Shown: piece after piece, positions 38,583 to 48,849 of the stretch
Numbering within the stretch: the first letter of the stretch is position 1
How the letters are laid out: each line of letters opens with the position of its first letter
Origin: Candidatus Omnitrophota bacterium
GTDB taxonomy: Bacteria > Omnitrophota > Gorgyraeia > Zapsychrales > Zapsychraceae
Assembly (NCBI GenBank): GCA_015233195.1
Contig: JADFYE010000005.1
Location: 12,122-76,121, forward strand
DNA length: 64,000 bases
Reading direction: 5' to 3'
Program-made: the position numbers and the translations under genes
Notes under the pieces: model-generated
Told to the model about the DNA's origin: nothing
The model's database searches: none
Seen by the model: only the letters and a program-made list of their open reading frames with translations

Positions 38583-40307
38583 CTAAAAAATTTCTTTATC
38601 GACGGCATTTAACAACGGTCTAATCGTAATATCACTAAAATCAAACTTTATATCCGCAGCCGCGAATAATTCCATTAAAGAACAGCTTCCACCCAAAGCC
38701 AAAGCCTGCTTATAACACTGCACTGCCAATTTAAAATCTTTCCTGAAATTTAACCATATCTGCAACGCTCCTAATTGCGCGATCCCATATTCAATATAAT
38801 AAAATGGAACTTCAAAAATATGCAGTTGCCTATGCCATAAATAAGTCTGCTCTTCGTCCAGACCAGACCAATCAACTGCCTGAGAACCAAAACGCGATCT
38901 AATCTCTATCCATTTTTTCCGTCGATCTTCGCTAGTATGCCCTGGATTTTCATACATCCAATGCTGAAAACTATCAACTACCGCAACCCAAACTAAAATA
39001 AAAACTACATCTTCCCAATGTTCGATTTTAGAACGCAAAAACTCATCCGCGCTATAAAACTCAGACAAAAATTCCCCGCCTAATAATTCCATGCCCATCG
39101 AAGCAACCTCGCAAAATTCCATCGGCGCATGACGATAATCAAGCAAAGGATCTACGCTGCAAGCAAAAGCATGAAACGCGTGCCCGCCCTCGTGCAATAA
39201 AGTCCGCACATCCGAATCCAATCCCACCGCATTCATAAAAATAAATGGTTTACGCGTTTCATTTAATGTCGACTGATAACCACCAGGCGCTTTACCTTTT
39301 CGACTTGCCAAATCCAGCAAACCGTGTTCACGCATCTGTTTAAATTGCCCACCCAATTCCGGATCTACTTGCGCGAAAATTTGGTTACAGCCTGCAATCA
39401 ATCTATCAATCTCAGTAAAAGGTTTTAATGCCTCCCTCCCTAACGGATCAACTGCAGTATCCCACGGACGTAAAACATTTAGCTTCATTTGATTTCTACG
39501 GCGTTCTAAAATTTTTATCCAAACCGGCACTACAAATTTTTCAATTGCCTCATGATATTTTTTACAATCTTCCGGTAAATAATCAAACCTATGCAAAGCT
39601 TTAAATTTATAATCACGGTAATTATCAAAACCGCAATTTTTCGCAATTTGGTTACGCAAATAAAACATCCGGTCAAAAATAGAATTTAATTTATCTTTAT
39701 CCTTCAACCGCCTTTGACTGATCGCGCGCCAAGCAGTTTCTCGCTTAACCCGGTCAGTTTCATGCAAATATTTTTCCATCTGCGGCAAAGTATGTTCTGT
39801 ACCATTAAACTCAACCGTCATCTTCCCGCATATCGCCTGATATTCCTGACTTAAAAGATCCACTTCAGTTTCAAGCGCAATATTTTCTTCTCTGAACAAT
39901 TTAACATCCTGTTCAATTTTACGTAAATATATCCCATACCGTTTTTCGTTTACCGGATATGTTCTAACTTTATCCAACAAAAATAAATCCAATTTTTGTT
40001 CATAAGGTTTCATCGCCGGAATAACATTTTCAATGAACGCGCTATACGCTTTTGCTCTTTGCTCATCGTCAGTCTGGCAAGTCATTAAAATATATAAAAC
40101 CGAACTATGCTGATCAACTGCTGCCTCAAACTCAGATCTATCAAATATCCACTGTTCCAAATCATTAGAACTGTTAATCACCTTATCCAATAACAACTTG
40201 TAATATTTTTCAATAATCGCCCAATCTCCCAAATTATCATCAACGCCTAAAAATTTACGTTCTACAAATGGCTTAAAACCCTTTAAATTTTCGCCTGTTA
40301 TATCCAT
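38583..40307 (-). CDS. M3B oligoendopeptidase F family
   Basis: DL.SRKGKAPGGY, HEGGH, EVASMGME and PFYYIEY. Confidence 0.9.
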   Translation of the reverse strand: MDITGENLKGFKPFVERKFLGVDDNLGDWAIIEKYYKLLLDKVINSSNDLEQWIFDRSEFEAAVDQHSSVLYILMTCQTDDEQRAKAYSAFIENVIPAMKPYEQKLDLFLLDKVRTYPVNEKRYGIYLRKIEQDVKLFREENIALETEVDLLSQEYQAICGKMTVEFNGTEHTLPQMEKYLHETDRVKRETAWRAISQRRLKDKDKLNSIFDRMFYLRNQIAKNCGFDNYRDYKFKALHRFDYLPEDCKKYHEAIEKFVVPVWIKILERRRNQMKLNVLRPWDTAVDPLGREALKPFTEIDRLIAGCNQIFAQVDPELGGQFKQMREHGLLDLASRKGKAPGGYQSTLNETRKPFIFMNAVGLDSDVRTLLHEGGHAFHAFACSVDPLLDYRHAPMEFCEVASMGMELLGGEFLSEFYSADEFLRSKIEHWEDVVFILVWVAVVDSFQHWMYENPGHTSEDRRKKWIEIRSRFGSQAVDWSGLDEEQTYLWHRQLHIFEVPFYYIEYGIAQLGALQIWLNFRKDFKLAVQCYKQALALGGSCSLMELFAAADIKFDFSDITIRPLLNAVDKEIF

Positions 40308-40322
40308 ACTGCCCTTTCTTAC

Positions 40323-40350
40323 TTGACAAATTGCAAAACATTAGTATACT
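40323..40350 (+). promoter_or_regulatory. sigma70 promoter of rpmB
   Basis: TTGACA-N16-TATACT. Confidence 0.7.
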
Positions 40351-40407
40351 TTTACTCTCAAGTTCGAAATCTGTCTAATCATTTTAAATAAATTATAAGG
40401 AATCTTT

Positions 40408-40632
40408 ATGAAAGAATGTATTATTTGCAAAAAAACCACTCAGCCAGGCGCTAAATATAAAAGACGCGGTATGGTTAAAAGTAAAGGTGGTGCTGGTTCT
40501 AAAATCGTTGGAAAAACTTTCCGTACTTTTGAGCCAAATTTACAAAAAATTAAAGTAAATATAAATGGGACTGTTAAACGTGTTGACGTTTGCACCAGCT
40601 GTATTCAAAAAGGTAAAATTACAAAAGCTTAA
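40408..40632 (+). CDS. rpmB: 50S ribosomal protein L28
   Basis: CIIC.K...R.FEPNLQK...V.VCTSC. Confidence 0.9.
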   Translation: MKECIICKKTTQPGAKYKRRGMVKSKGGAGSKIVGKTFRTFEPNLQKIKVNINGTVKRVDVCTSCIQKGKITKA

Positions 40633-40654
40633 ATTTAAATATTAGAGTTTTAAT

Positions 40655-40686
40655 AAAAAAGACCATGAGTAACTATGGTCTTTTTT
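40655..40686. terminator. Bidirectional intrinsic terminator between convergent rpmB and recJ
   Basis: AAAAAAGACCAT-GAGTAACT-ATGGTCTTTTTT. Confidence 0.8.
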
Positions 40687-40705
40687 AATTTATAATTTTA
40701 AAATC

Positions 40706-42388
40706 CTAAACCGCCAACCTAATATCCTTAAGTTTTAATTGTGCTACCGGCGCTTTATTCCAATCATCAATCCCAATATTAAAAGCCAAATCAACTTTAT
40801 TCCCCACGTCTATCATATTCGCAAAACTTCCCATTCCAAAACCAACCGCAGATATTGAAGAATCCCCGTCACTTACCCAAAACTTAATAGTTTCTTTCCC
40901 CATAACTTGCGGACGACTTTTTACTGTAACACCTAAAACACAAAACACCGGCTCAGGATTTCCTTCACCAAACGGCTCCATGGTATCAATAGTATTAGCC
41001 AATTCTAAACCAACATCATCCAAACTCACTTCACAATCAATATTTATGTTAGGTATCAGCCGCTTTAATTCCAAATCTGTATGAGCAATTTTATTTATAG
41101 CCTTTTTAAACGCTTCAATATGTTCAACTTTTATAGTAAGACCAGCAGCCCCTTCATGCCCGCCAAATCGTTCTAACAAATCTGAACATTCCAATAAAGC
41201 GTCATGTAAATGAAACCCGTCAATAGAACGAGCTGAAGCAGTACCAATTCCGTCCTCAACTGATATAACAATAGCCGGACGATAATATTTATCAGTTATA
41301 CGGGAAGCGACTATTCCCAAAACTCCTTTATGCCATCCCTCTTTGCACAAAACAATTACTTTATCCTCTATAAAATTAACTTCGCGCTCAACTAATGCCA
41401 ATGCCTCGTCTATAACTTCCCTTTGCATTTTCTGACGAAGATTATTGTGTTTTTCCAACTCAGCAGCAAAACCTTGAGCTTTAACATCATCCTGCGCAAG
41501 AAATAGATCTAAGGAATCATGCGCTGAATCCATACGACCTGCAGCATTTATCCTCGGTCCTAAAATAAACCCAATGTGAAACGGTCTTATGGTTTTTCCT
41601 AAGATCTTCGCGTTTTCTAAAAGCGCCCGCAATCCTTTATTCCTGGTCTGATTAAGCCGCTTTAAACCGCTTTTTACCAGTATCCGATTCTCGCCCAACA
41701 ATGGCACAATATCTGCCACAGTTCCAATCGCCGCAAAATCCAAAGCTTCATCTGTAATCTGCCCTATAAGCGCCTGGGATATTTTTGCAGCCAGACCAAC
41801 CCCGGCTAAATGTTTAAATGGATAAGGGCAACCTTTTTGTTTTGGATTAACTATTGCAACTGCATCCGGTAATTCTTCCGACGGCTCATGATGATCAATA
41901 ATAATAACTTCCAGACCTAATTTATTTACTGCATCAACCGCTGCACACGCATTGATACCGCAATCAACTGTTACGATCAAACTTATCCCATTACTCTTAG
42001 CTATCTCGCCGATATCCATGCTTAGACCATAGCCGTGCAACATCCGGTGCGGAATATGATTATCAACCACAATCCCATATTGTTGAAATGTATCATGAAG
42101 TAAAGCTGAAGCAGTTACACCATCAACATCATAATCGCCGTATATCAAAACTTTTTCTTTACGGTCTCGGGCTAATTTAATCCGCTCCACTGCTTCTTTC
42201 ATCCCCTTCATAATAAATGGATCTAAAAGATCGCTCATGGTAGAAGATAAAAATTGTCGAGCATCTTCTGGAAGTTTAATGTCGCGATTTATCAAAAGCT
42301 GGGCTACAACTGGATGAATACTTAACGCAGAAACTAATTTAGCCTTGCACTTAGGATGTGCCGGCAAAATATTCCAAATTTTATCCAT
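40706..42388 (-). CDS. recJ: ssDNA exonuclease RecJ
   Basis: YGDYDVDG, TVDCG, DHH, GTVAD, PRINAAGR, GGH..AAG and PFG.GNP.P. Confidence 0.95.
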   Translation of the reverse strand: MDKIWNILPAHPKCKAKLVSALSIHPVVAQLLINRDIKLPEDARQFLSSTMSDLLDPFIMKGMKEAVERIKLARDRKEKVLIYGDYDVDGVTASALLHDTFQQYGIVVDNHIPHRMLHGYGLSMDIGEIAKSNGISLIVTVDCGINACAAVDAVNKLGLEVIIIDHHEPSEELPDAVAIVNPKQKGCPYPFKHLAGVGLAAKISQALIGQITDEALDFAAIGTVADIVPLLGENRILVKSGLKRLNQTRNKGLRALLENAKILGKTIRPFHIGFILGPRINAAGRMDSAHDSLDLFLAQDDVKAQGFAAELEKHNNLRQKMQREVIDEALALVEREVNFIEDKVIVLCKEGWHKGVLGIVASRITDKYYRPAIVISVEDGIGTASARSIDGFHLHDALLECSDLLERFGGHEGAAGLTIKVEHIEAFKKAINKIAHTDLELKRLIPNINIDCEVSLDDVGLELANTIDTMEPFGEGNPEPVFCVLGVTVKSRPQVMGKETIKFWVSDGDSSISAVGFGMGSFANMIDVGNKVDLAFNIGIDDWNKAPVAQLKLKDIRLAV

Positions 42389-42412
42389 TATCTCTCCTTG
42401 GGAAGAAGGAGA

Positions 42413-44086
42413 TCACATTTTAGAAGGCGCACTAACCCCGATTAAGCGCAACCCATTGGCAAGGGTAGTCCGTGCCGCGTTCGCCAAAGCCAACCGCTCC
42501 GACGAAAGATCCTGGTCTTCAGTAATTACCCGATGCCGGTCGTAGAACTTATGGAACGCTGTAGCCAATTCAAGCATATAGCTCGCCAAAGGATACGGAT
42601 CCATTTGTTTGTAACAAACCAACAACGCTGATGAAAAACCATTTATCTTTTTTATGAGATTTATCTCTTCTTCCTCGTTAAGTAAACGGAATCCAGCACC
42701 TTTAGCTGAAATACCGCAAGCAGCTGCTTTTTCATTTATGCTATGTACCCGAGCATGAGCGTATTGAATGTAATAAACCGGGTTCTCAGCAGTCTGCTTT
42801 TTTGCAACTTCTAGGTCAAACTCCAGCTGCGCTTTTATATGGCGCATTAAAAAGAAATATCTTGAAGCGTCTTTTCCGACCTCTTCAAGCACTTCCCTCA
42901 AAGTAATATATTGTCCTTTACGGGTAGACATTGATAAAACCTGCCCGTCTCTAAATATAGTAGCTAATTGTACTATCAACACTTCAATATCATCTTTATT
43001 ACGACCTAAAGCCTGTGCTGCTGCTTTTAAACGCGGTATGTAACCATGATGATCCGGACCTAAAATATCAAAAACACGACTGAAACCGCGATCAAATTTA
43101 TTTTTATGATAAACAATATCCGGCGCCAAATATGTATAACTGCCGTCACTCTTACGCACTACCCGGTCTTTATCATCGCCCAGATCAGTAGTCTTAAACC
43201 ACAATGCCCCGTCTTTTTCATATATAAGACCTTTTCGAGCGATCTCTTCCAAAACCTTTTTAATATTTTCCGCACCCGCAACTTTTGACTCAAACGACCA
43301 GCAATCATACTGCACGCCAAAATCTTCCAATTCTTTGCGATTAACCTCCAGCAAATACCCTCCAGCAAAATCTTTAAATTCCTGCTCAGTCAACGCATCC
43401 AATTGCTCTAAATTTTTGATCGAGTGCTTATCCAAAAAAAGCTGAGCCATATCCCGAATATAATCACCTTGATAATGATCTTCAGGATACTCAACTACTC
43501 GTCCTAATATTTCATTCGCGCGCAAACGCACTGAATTTCCTAATATCCGGATCTGATTTCCGCCGTCATTTACATAATATTCTTTTTTAGCATCAAATCC
43601 TATATGCCGCAAAATATTCACCAACGCGTCCCCTACTGCTGCTTGACGCGCATGTGCCACACTTAAAGGTCCAGTCGGATTAGCACTAACAAACTCGATC
43701 ATTAATTTTTCATTTTTGCCATAATCCAATTTACCAAAAGCCTGGTCAGCTTTCAAAATGCCCTCTAAAATATCCCGAAAAAACTGAGTACTAAAAAAGA
43801 AATTAATAAAACCCGGATTTTTGACTTCAACTTTAGCGATCTTAGATTTTATTTTTGATTTCTCGAGCAAGGCGTTTATTTTAATTACCAACTCTTGAGC
43901 TATAACCATAGGCGGCTTACGTAAGATCTTGGCAGATTTTAAGGCTAGCGTAGTGGAAATATCACCAAATTCCTTCTCGATCGGAATCTCCCACTCAATC
44001 AAAGGCAGATCAGTCCCAGCAGGCAAAGAATCTTTTATAGATCCTATTAATATATCCGCTAATTGTTCTTCAATATTTTGAGACAT
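42413..44086 (-). CDS. argS: Arginine--tRNA ligase
   Basis: PGFINF, EFVSANPTGPL.VAHAR, MSTRKG and YIQYAHAR. Confidence 0.95.
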   Translation of the reverse strand: MSQNIEEQLADILIGSIKDSLPAGTDLPLIEWEIPIEKEFGDISTTLALKSAKILRKPPMVIAQELVIKINALLEKSKIKSKIAKVEVKNPGFINFFFSTQFFRDILEGILKADQAFGKLDYGKNEKLMIEFVSANPTGPLSVAHARQAAVGDALVNILRHIGFDAKKEYYVNDGGNQIRILGNSVRLRANEILGRVVEYPEDHYQGDYIRDMAQLFLDKHSIKNLEQLDALTEQEFKDFAGGYLLEVNRKELEDFGVQYDCWSFESKVAGAENIKKVLEEIARKGLIYEKDGALWFKTTDLGDDKDRVVRKSDGSYTYLAPDIVYHKNKFDRGFSRVFDILGPDHHGYIPRLKAAAQALGRNKDDIEVLIVQLATIFRDGQVLSMSTRKGQYITLREVLEEVGKDASRYFFLMRHIKAQLEFDLEVAKKQTAENPVYYIQYAHARVHSINEKAAACGISAKGAGFRLLNEEEEINLIKKINGFSSALLVCYKQMDPYPLASYMLELATAFHKFYDRHRVITEDQDLSSERLALANAARTTLANGLRLIGVSAPSKM

Positions 44087-44095
44087 AATTATTCT

Positions 44096-44153
44096 AAAAA
44101 ATAGACCATATTACAAAGAAAAATCAGTTCAAACATCTTTGCAATATGGTCTA
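44096..44153 (-). terminator. 18-bp inverted repeat followed by a U-run (terminator and/or miniature element)
   Basis: TAGACCATATTACAAAGA (44102-44119) / TCTTTGCAATATGGTCTA (44136-44153); the single mismatch is a G-U pair on the minus strand. Confidence 0.6.
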
Positions 44154-44154
44154 G

Positions 44155-44523
44155 TTAATTTACTTTTCTTTGAGGTATTTCTTCAACCCAATCGATCTTC
44201 TTAGCATCGCGCCACAAATACTCTAATTGATAGAACTCACGGGTATCTTTTTCAAACACATGCACCACAACATCACCAATATCAAAAACCACCCAATCGT
44301 TTTTACCAGTGCGTTGTTTTGATGAAATCTTCATCCCAGTTTTAGCGAGTTCGTCTTGAATATTATCCGCAATAGCTTTCACATGACGATCAGTGTTCCC
44401 GGTACAAATAACAAAATAATCGCAAAAATTAACAATTTCTTTCATTTCCAGGATCGCAATATTTTCCGCTTTCTTATCCGAAGCAAATTGTGCGATTTTA
44501 CTTACCAGATCGTTAGGTATCAA
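44155..44523 (-). CDS. rsfS: Ribosome silencing factor RsfS
   Basis: DKKAENI, DYFVICTG..RHV.AI and WVV.D.GDVVVHVF...REFY.LE.LW. Confidence 0.92.
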   Translation of the reverse strand: MIPNDLVSKIAQFASDKKAENIAILEMKEIVNFCDYFVICTGNTDRHVKAIADNIQDELAKTGMKISSKQRTGKNDWVVFDIGDVVVHVFEKDTREFYQLEYLWRDAKKIDWVEEIPQRKVN

Positions 44524-44585
44524 AGATGTAGACCGTGCGATAGTTTGAATTTCCCTTTTAAATTAATAAAGTTATTTATTAATAC

Positions 44586-44756
44586 TTATTTTTTAAGTTT
44601 AGCTGCTTGATCTTTTCCCAAAACTCTCCAGCATTCATGCGTTCCTACTTGCGATTTAGTAACCGCGAAAAATCTGCCATTCTTTTCACGAACTTCATAA
44701 GCATCAGAATCAAACTTCTTCTTTGATTTTACATCATAAAAAGACAACTTCTCCAT
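44586..44756 (-). CDS. 56-aa basic protein resembling crenarchaeal chromatin protein CC1 (not in ORF track)
   Basis: MEKLSFYDVKSKKKFDSDAYEVREKNGRFFAVTKSQVGTHECWRVLGKDQAAKLKK; AGGAGG RBS 5 nt upstream; own promoter. Confidence 0.8.
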   Translation of the reverse strand: MEKLSFYDVKSKKKFDSDAYEVREKNGRFFAVTKSQVGTHECWRVLGKDQAAKLKK

Positions 44757-44792
44757 GCGTGCCTCCTAGTTATAAGTTTAAAATTGTTTTTG

Positions 44793-44821
44793 ATTTTAAC
44801 TGATACCAATACAAAAGTCAA
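44793..44821 (-). promoter_or_regulatory. sigma70 promoter of the small CC1-like gene
   Basis: TTGACT-N17-TAAAAT. Confidence 0.7.
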
Positions 44822-46090
44822 CTATATCCCCAAAATTTCTCTTATATCGCGCTCTTGAGCATGACTTACTTGACCTACCAACGCAAGATTAAATTTCTTC
44901 TCATCAATTATTTGTTGAGCTAAAATCTGAATATCACCCTTCGTAATCTTTGCGAATTCAGCTAACACTTCCTTTATAGTCTTTACCTTGTTCTGCTGTA
45001 ATACCCACTCAGTCATCCACAACATATGATCCATAGTATCTTCCAAACCTAAAAGCAACTGACCCACTAAATAATCCTTGGCTCTTTGAAATTCATCCTG
45101 CGATATGCCATTCTTTTTTACTTTACGTAATTCCGTAATAATAAGATCAAATGCTTGTACTAATTTCTTATTGTCTACACCGGCACGTACTGCAAACAAA
45201 CCTGTATCAGATAAATATTTAGCACTGCAGCCAATCGAATATGCCAGCCCCCGCTTTTCTCTAACTTCACTAAACAGCCGGCTCGACATATTTCCGCCTA
45301 AAATAGTAGTTAAAATACTCATTTTATAACGATCTTTATGTCCCTCTGCCAAACCAGGCATACCTAAAAGCATATGTATTTGCTCTGTTTTTTTATCCGA
45401 AATTTTATATCTGGCAATTTTTTGTTCTAAATTCGAAGGTATACACCCTGGAGCTTTTCGAACTGATAAACCAGATAATTTCTTTTTTATTAAAGCCAAA
45501 ATTCTATTATTTTCAATCTCACCAGCAATACCAATAACCGCATTTGAAGGTGCATAATGTGCCTGATGAAATTTGCAGAGATCCTGCCTACTCATACCCA
45601 TAACCGTATCGGCTGTACCAGCCAAACCTTGACCTAATGGATGCTCTCCCCACATTAGTTTCTCTAAAACATCAACCACATGATGAGCCGGCTGATCCGC
45701 GTACATTTTTATTTCTTCTACAATAACAGTTTTTTCTTTTGCAACATCTTTAGCATTTATATTCGGGAAGAAAGCTATATCAGCCAAAATATCAAAAGTC
45801 CGGTCAAAATGTTGAGATGGGATCTTGGCATAAAAACAGGTTTGTTCTTCAGCAGTAAAAGCATTCAAAGCACCGCCCACACCTTCAATCATTTCTTTTA
45901 TTTCTGCGCATTTATAATTACGACTTCCTTTAAAAACTATATGCTCCAAAAAATGCGCGGCACCCTTTATAATTTTTTGCTCATAACGACCACCAGCACC
46001 TACCATAATCCCCAAAGCGATACTATTCCGCTGACTCATATTATGAGTAACAACCCTCAAACCATTATTTAGTTTCTGTTGTTTATACAT
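44822..46090 (-). CDS. M16 (pitrilysin-like) zinc peptidase
   Basis: AHFLEH inverted zincin motif, NAFT..E and SSRLF.EVREKRGLAY. Confidence 0.92.
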   Translation of the reverse strand: MYKQQKLNNGLRVVTHNMSQRNSIALGIMVGAGGRYEQKIIKGAAHFLEHIVFKGSRNYKCAEIKEMIEGVGGALNAFTAEEQTCFYAKIPSQHFDRTFDILADIAFFPNINAKDVAKEKTVIVEEIKMYADQPAHHVVDVLEKLMWGEHPLGQGLAGTADTVMGMSRQDLCKFHQAHYAPSNAVIGIAGEIENNRILALIKKKLSGLSVRKAPGCIPSNLEQKIARYKISDKKTEQIHMLLGMPGLAEGHKDRYKMSILTTILGGNMSSRLFSEVREKRGLAYSIGCSAKYLSDTGLFAVRAGVDNKKLVQAFDLIITELRKVKKNGISQDEFQRAKDYLVGQLLLGLEDTMDHMLWMTEWVLQQNKVKTIKEVLAEFAKITKGDIQILAQQIIDEKKFNLALVGQVSHAQERDIREILGI

Positions 46091-46096
46091 AAGCTC

Positions 46097-48118
46097 CTAA
46101 AAAATTACAGTTATAAGTAAACCAATAAAAATCAAAAACACTGCCCAATAAAATTTAATGTCATAAATATGACTTTTATATCGTTCTTCTTTTGTTCTGA
46201 TCTCGCAAGTTTCGATATATGGCACTGGGTCCCTTCGATACCAACCAAATATCTCAACATCCTGATCAATAAAATTCTTGGTCTTTAAGACTCCCCAACT
46301 ATTGCTAATTGCCAACGGACTTTCCCGATCCAAAAAAATCATACCAGTTTCATCTTTAAAAATAATATCATCCGTTAATATCGATACCGCACTTCCTCGT
46401 CCGATAATTTTTCCTTTAACCTGACAAGCTACTGGTCTAATTTCAGAAACTTTAATTTTTTTCAACAAAGCATGCACATTCATCGGAGCAAATTCACCCG
46501 AAGGATAAGCCATGAATAATTTTAAAAAATAACCTAAACCTAAAGCAGCGACCAGCATGCCTAACTGATGAAAACCTGAACGTTCCAACCCTAAAAATAC
46601 GACCAGCAAAGTTATTATAACAAAAACTACCGGCGCTAAATTTATAGACACTTCAAATAAAAAATTTACCCAAAATGATTCGGGTCGTTTTTCATCAAAT
46701 GTTACATAGGATTCCCTGCCTAAATATTCAGAAAAGTTATTTAACATGCTAATGCGTTTAGCCAACAATGGATGGGTTGATCTAACTTCGTAATATAGCG
46801 CCCACGGACTCCACATATCCCACTTTGCCGCATCTTTTATTGTATCACACGCAGGTTCATTGCCAGCCTCAATAACCATGCTCAAAGCTTGCTCCTCATC
46901 AAATATTCCAAAAGCCTTGATAGCCTTAAAACCATCTTGGCGCTCATTCTGTTCTTTAATGTTTACATTTTTTCCAGCTAAACTGTATCCAATTTTTACT
47001 AAAGCAGAACATAATTTTTCCGGATGCCCAGTAACTTCTCCTGAAAAACGATCCGCGTAATATTCCCTTACTCTCGAGAACCATACAAAGGTCATCTCAT
47101 GCATAATATAAAAAATGTATGCGATCCTCGATATAACATAGCGAGCGGCTTCATTGGGGATTTTTTCTGACCTGCGGCAAGTATGATATATGTAATTCCA
47201 AAATAATGGTAAAGGTTGAAATAATGTTATCAATAACATATCCCACCTGGATATATGCCCAATTTCATGCGCAGTAACCGCCCTAAGTTCTTCCTCGTCT
47301 AACAAATCCAACAAACCTTCAGAAACCACCAAACGACTGCTATTAGCATGATATCCATAAGTAAAAGACTGGGGAGCTCCGTCGGGTATTATCCCTATCA
47401 AAGGCATTGCAATATTTTTATCTTTACATGTTTCGCGTATAAAATTTACCAGTTTTGAATATTTATTTTCTAGAACTGAAAAATCCAGCCAATCCACCTG
47501 ATAAAATCCTTTTAACAATAAATCCATAAATATTGGTCCGGTTAAAAACAACGTGACCATTATCAAAACGCTGAGCATAGGCACTAAAAGTAACGGCAAT
47601 TTAAAACATAAAACCAATATCGATAAAACCAATGATATTAAAACATAATATCCAGCTACCCCTGCTACTGAACTTAAAATCAAATTCGGCAAAGGCAATA
47701 ATCCGATCCGTACATTTGGCATGTAAGAATCATAAGTAGTGCCGTCCAATTTTCCATCAAATGAAAATTCCTGATCAACATTAATTCTCAATCTATCGAT
47801 TGGGAACTTTTTTATCTCATCCCGGTCTAACCATATCCCGCCGCTATAAGGACAATAATCTATCACCACTTCACCATCAAACATGTTAAACTCAACCATA
47901 AGTTTATCTGAAACTGGAGATACGCGATTTGATGGGCGTTGTTTTAAAATCGCTTCATTAAATTTTTTCTCAATATAATTTGGAAACTTTGTGAAAAAAT
48001 AAATCTCGTCTTTGTCCAGCCAGATTCCTTCACACTGCGGGCAAAGATCTACTTCAACGCCTTGGCGAGTCAATACTGAACTCAAGTCCATATTTTCACA
48101 AACCGGACAGCGTTTCAT
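46097..48118 (-). CDS. M48/HtpX-like membrane zinc protease with N-terminal zinc-ribbon repeats
   Basis: CPVC...CPQCEGIWLD..E and a second (S)P..CP..GGIWLD..E unit; HEIGH, SRVREYYAD and STHP. Confidence 0.85.
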   Translation of the reverse strand: MKRCPVCENMDLSSVLTRQGVEVDLCPQCEGIWLDKDEIYFFTKFPNYIEKKFNEAILKQRPSNRVSPVSDKLMVEFNMFDGEVVIDYCPYSGGIWLDRDEIKKFPIDRLRINVDQEFSFDGKLDGTTYDSYMPNVRIGLLPLPNLILSSVAGVAGYYVLISLVLSILVLCFKLPLLLVPMLSVLIMVTLFLTGPIFMDLLLKGFYQVDWLDFSVLENKYSKLVNFIRETCKDKNIAMPLIGIIPDGAPQSFTYGYHANSSRLVVSEGLLDLLDEEELRAVTAHEIGHISRWDMLLITLFQPLPLFWNYIYHTCRRSEKIPNEAARYVISRIAYIFYIMHEMTFVWFSRVREYYADRFSGEVTGHPEKLCSALVKIGYSLAGKNVNIKEQNERQDGFKAIKAFGIFDEEQALSMVIEAGNEPACDTIKDAAKWDMWSPWALYYEVRSTHPLLAKRISMLNNFSEYLGRESYVTFDEKRPESFWVNFLFEVSINLAPVVFVIITLLVVFLGLERSGFHQLGMLVAALGLGYFLKLFMAYPSGEFAPMNVHALLKKIKVSEIRPVACQVKGKIIGRGSAVSILTDDIIFKDETGMIFLDRESPLAISNSWGVLKTKNFIDQDVEIFGWYRRDPVPYIETCEIRTKEERYKSHIYDIKFYWAVFLIFIGLLITVIF

Positions 48119-48849
48119 TTATTATTCTCCAAGCATGAACTTTCACAATATTTTTTAAACTCCATAACTGCACTGATAGCGCCTAAAGCGCCATTGATCT
48201 TTAAAGGTATACGTTTTTTATCATCACTAAACCAGAAACCAAAATTTTTCGGGTCACCGCTCATAAATACAGCCTTATAGCGTTGTTTATTTATTTTTAT
48301 GTTATTAATTTTGGATATTATAAATTTTACTTCTTTCGTCGGCAACTCTGAATTTATTTTAGCGCCTAATTCAGCATTCCCATTCATTCTAAACCTATAT
48401 ATGATCCCATACACGTTATCTATCGGACCATTCTTTTTAATTTCTAATTTATCCGTCGCATCTTTACTCAAATCAATAATCTCAACTTTACGCTGGTCTT
48501 GAAAATAAGTTTCTTCAATTTTTTGTTTATTACCAAATATATTCAAATCGCGGAAATTTTTAAGCGGATAAAACGTCTGTGGATCAAAATACAAATTCTC
48601 TTCGTCATAAAACCCGGTAGCTTTTGCCCTAAAAACAATATGTTGCGCCTGCTTACCGTTTATTTCAGTCAAGCCTTTATATTCTAAAGCTGCTTCGCCA
48701 ATAGTAATCTTTAATTTTTTTATATCAAAAATTATGGTCTCTCCTACGGTAAAAGGCAGGGGCTGCGATACTGCAGTTTGCGCGGACGCATAACCCGCAC
48801 TAAAAATTGAAACACAACTAAAAATTAACAACACATATCGTAAAATCAT
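48115..48849 (-). CDS. Exported protein, DUF3108-like
   Basis: Signal peptide; PF.VGE...F..K and W.SDD.KRIP.K pattern. Confidence 0.6.
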   Translation of the reverse strand: MILRYVLLIFSCVSIFSAGYASAQTAVSQPLPFTVGETIIFDIKKLKITIGEAALEYKGLTEINGKQAQHIVFRAKATGFYDEENLYFDPQTFYPLKNFRDLNIFGNKQKIEETYFQDQRKVEIIDLSKDATDKLEIKKNGPIDNVYGIIYRFRMNGNAELGAKINSELPTKEVKFIISKINNIKINKQRYKAVFMSGDPKNFGFWFSDDKKRIPLKINGALGAISAVMEFKKYCESSCLENNK

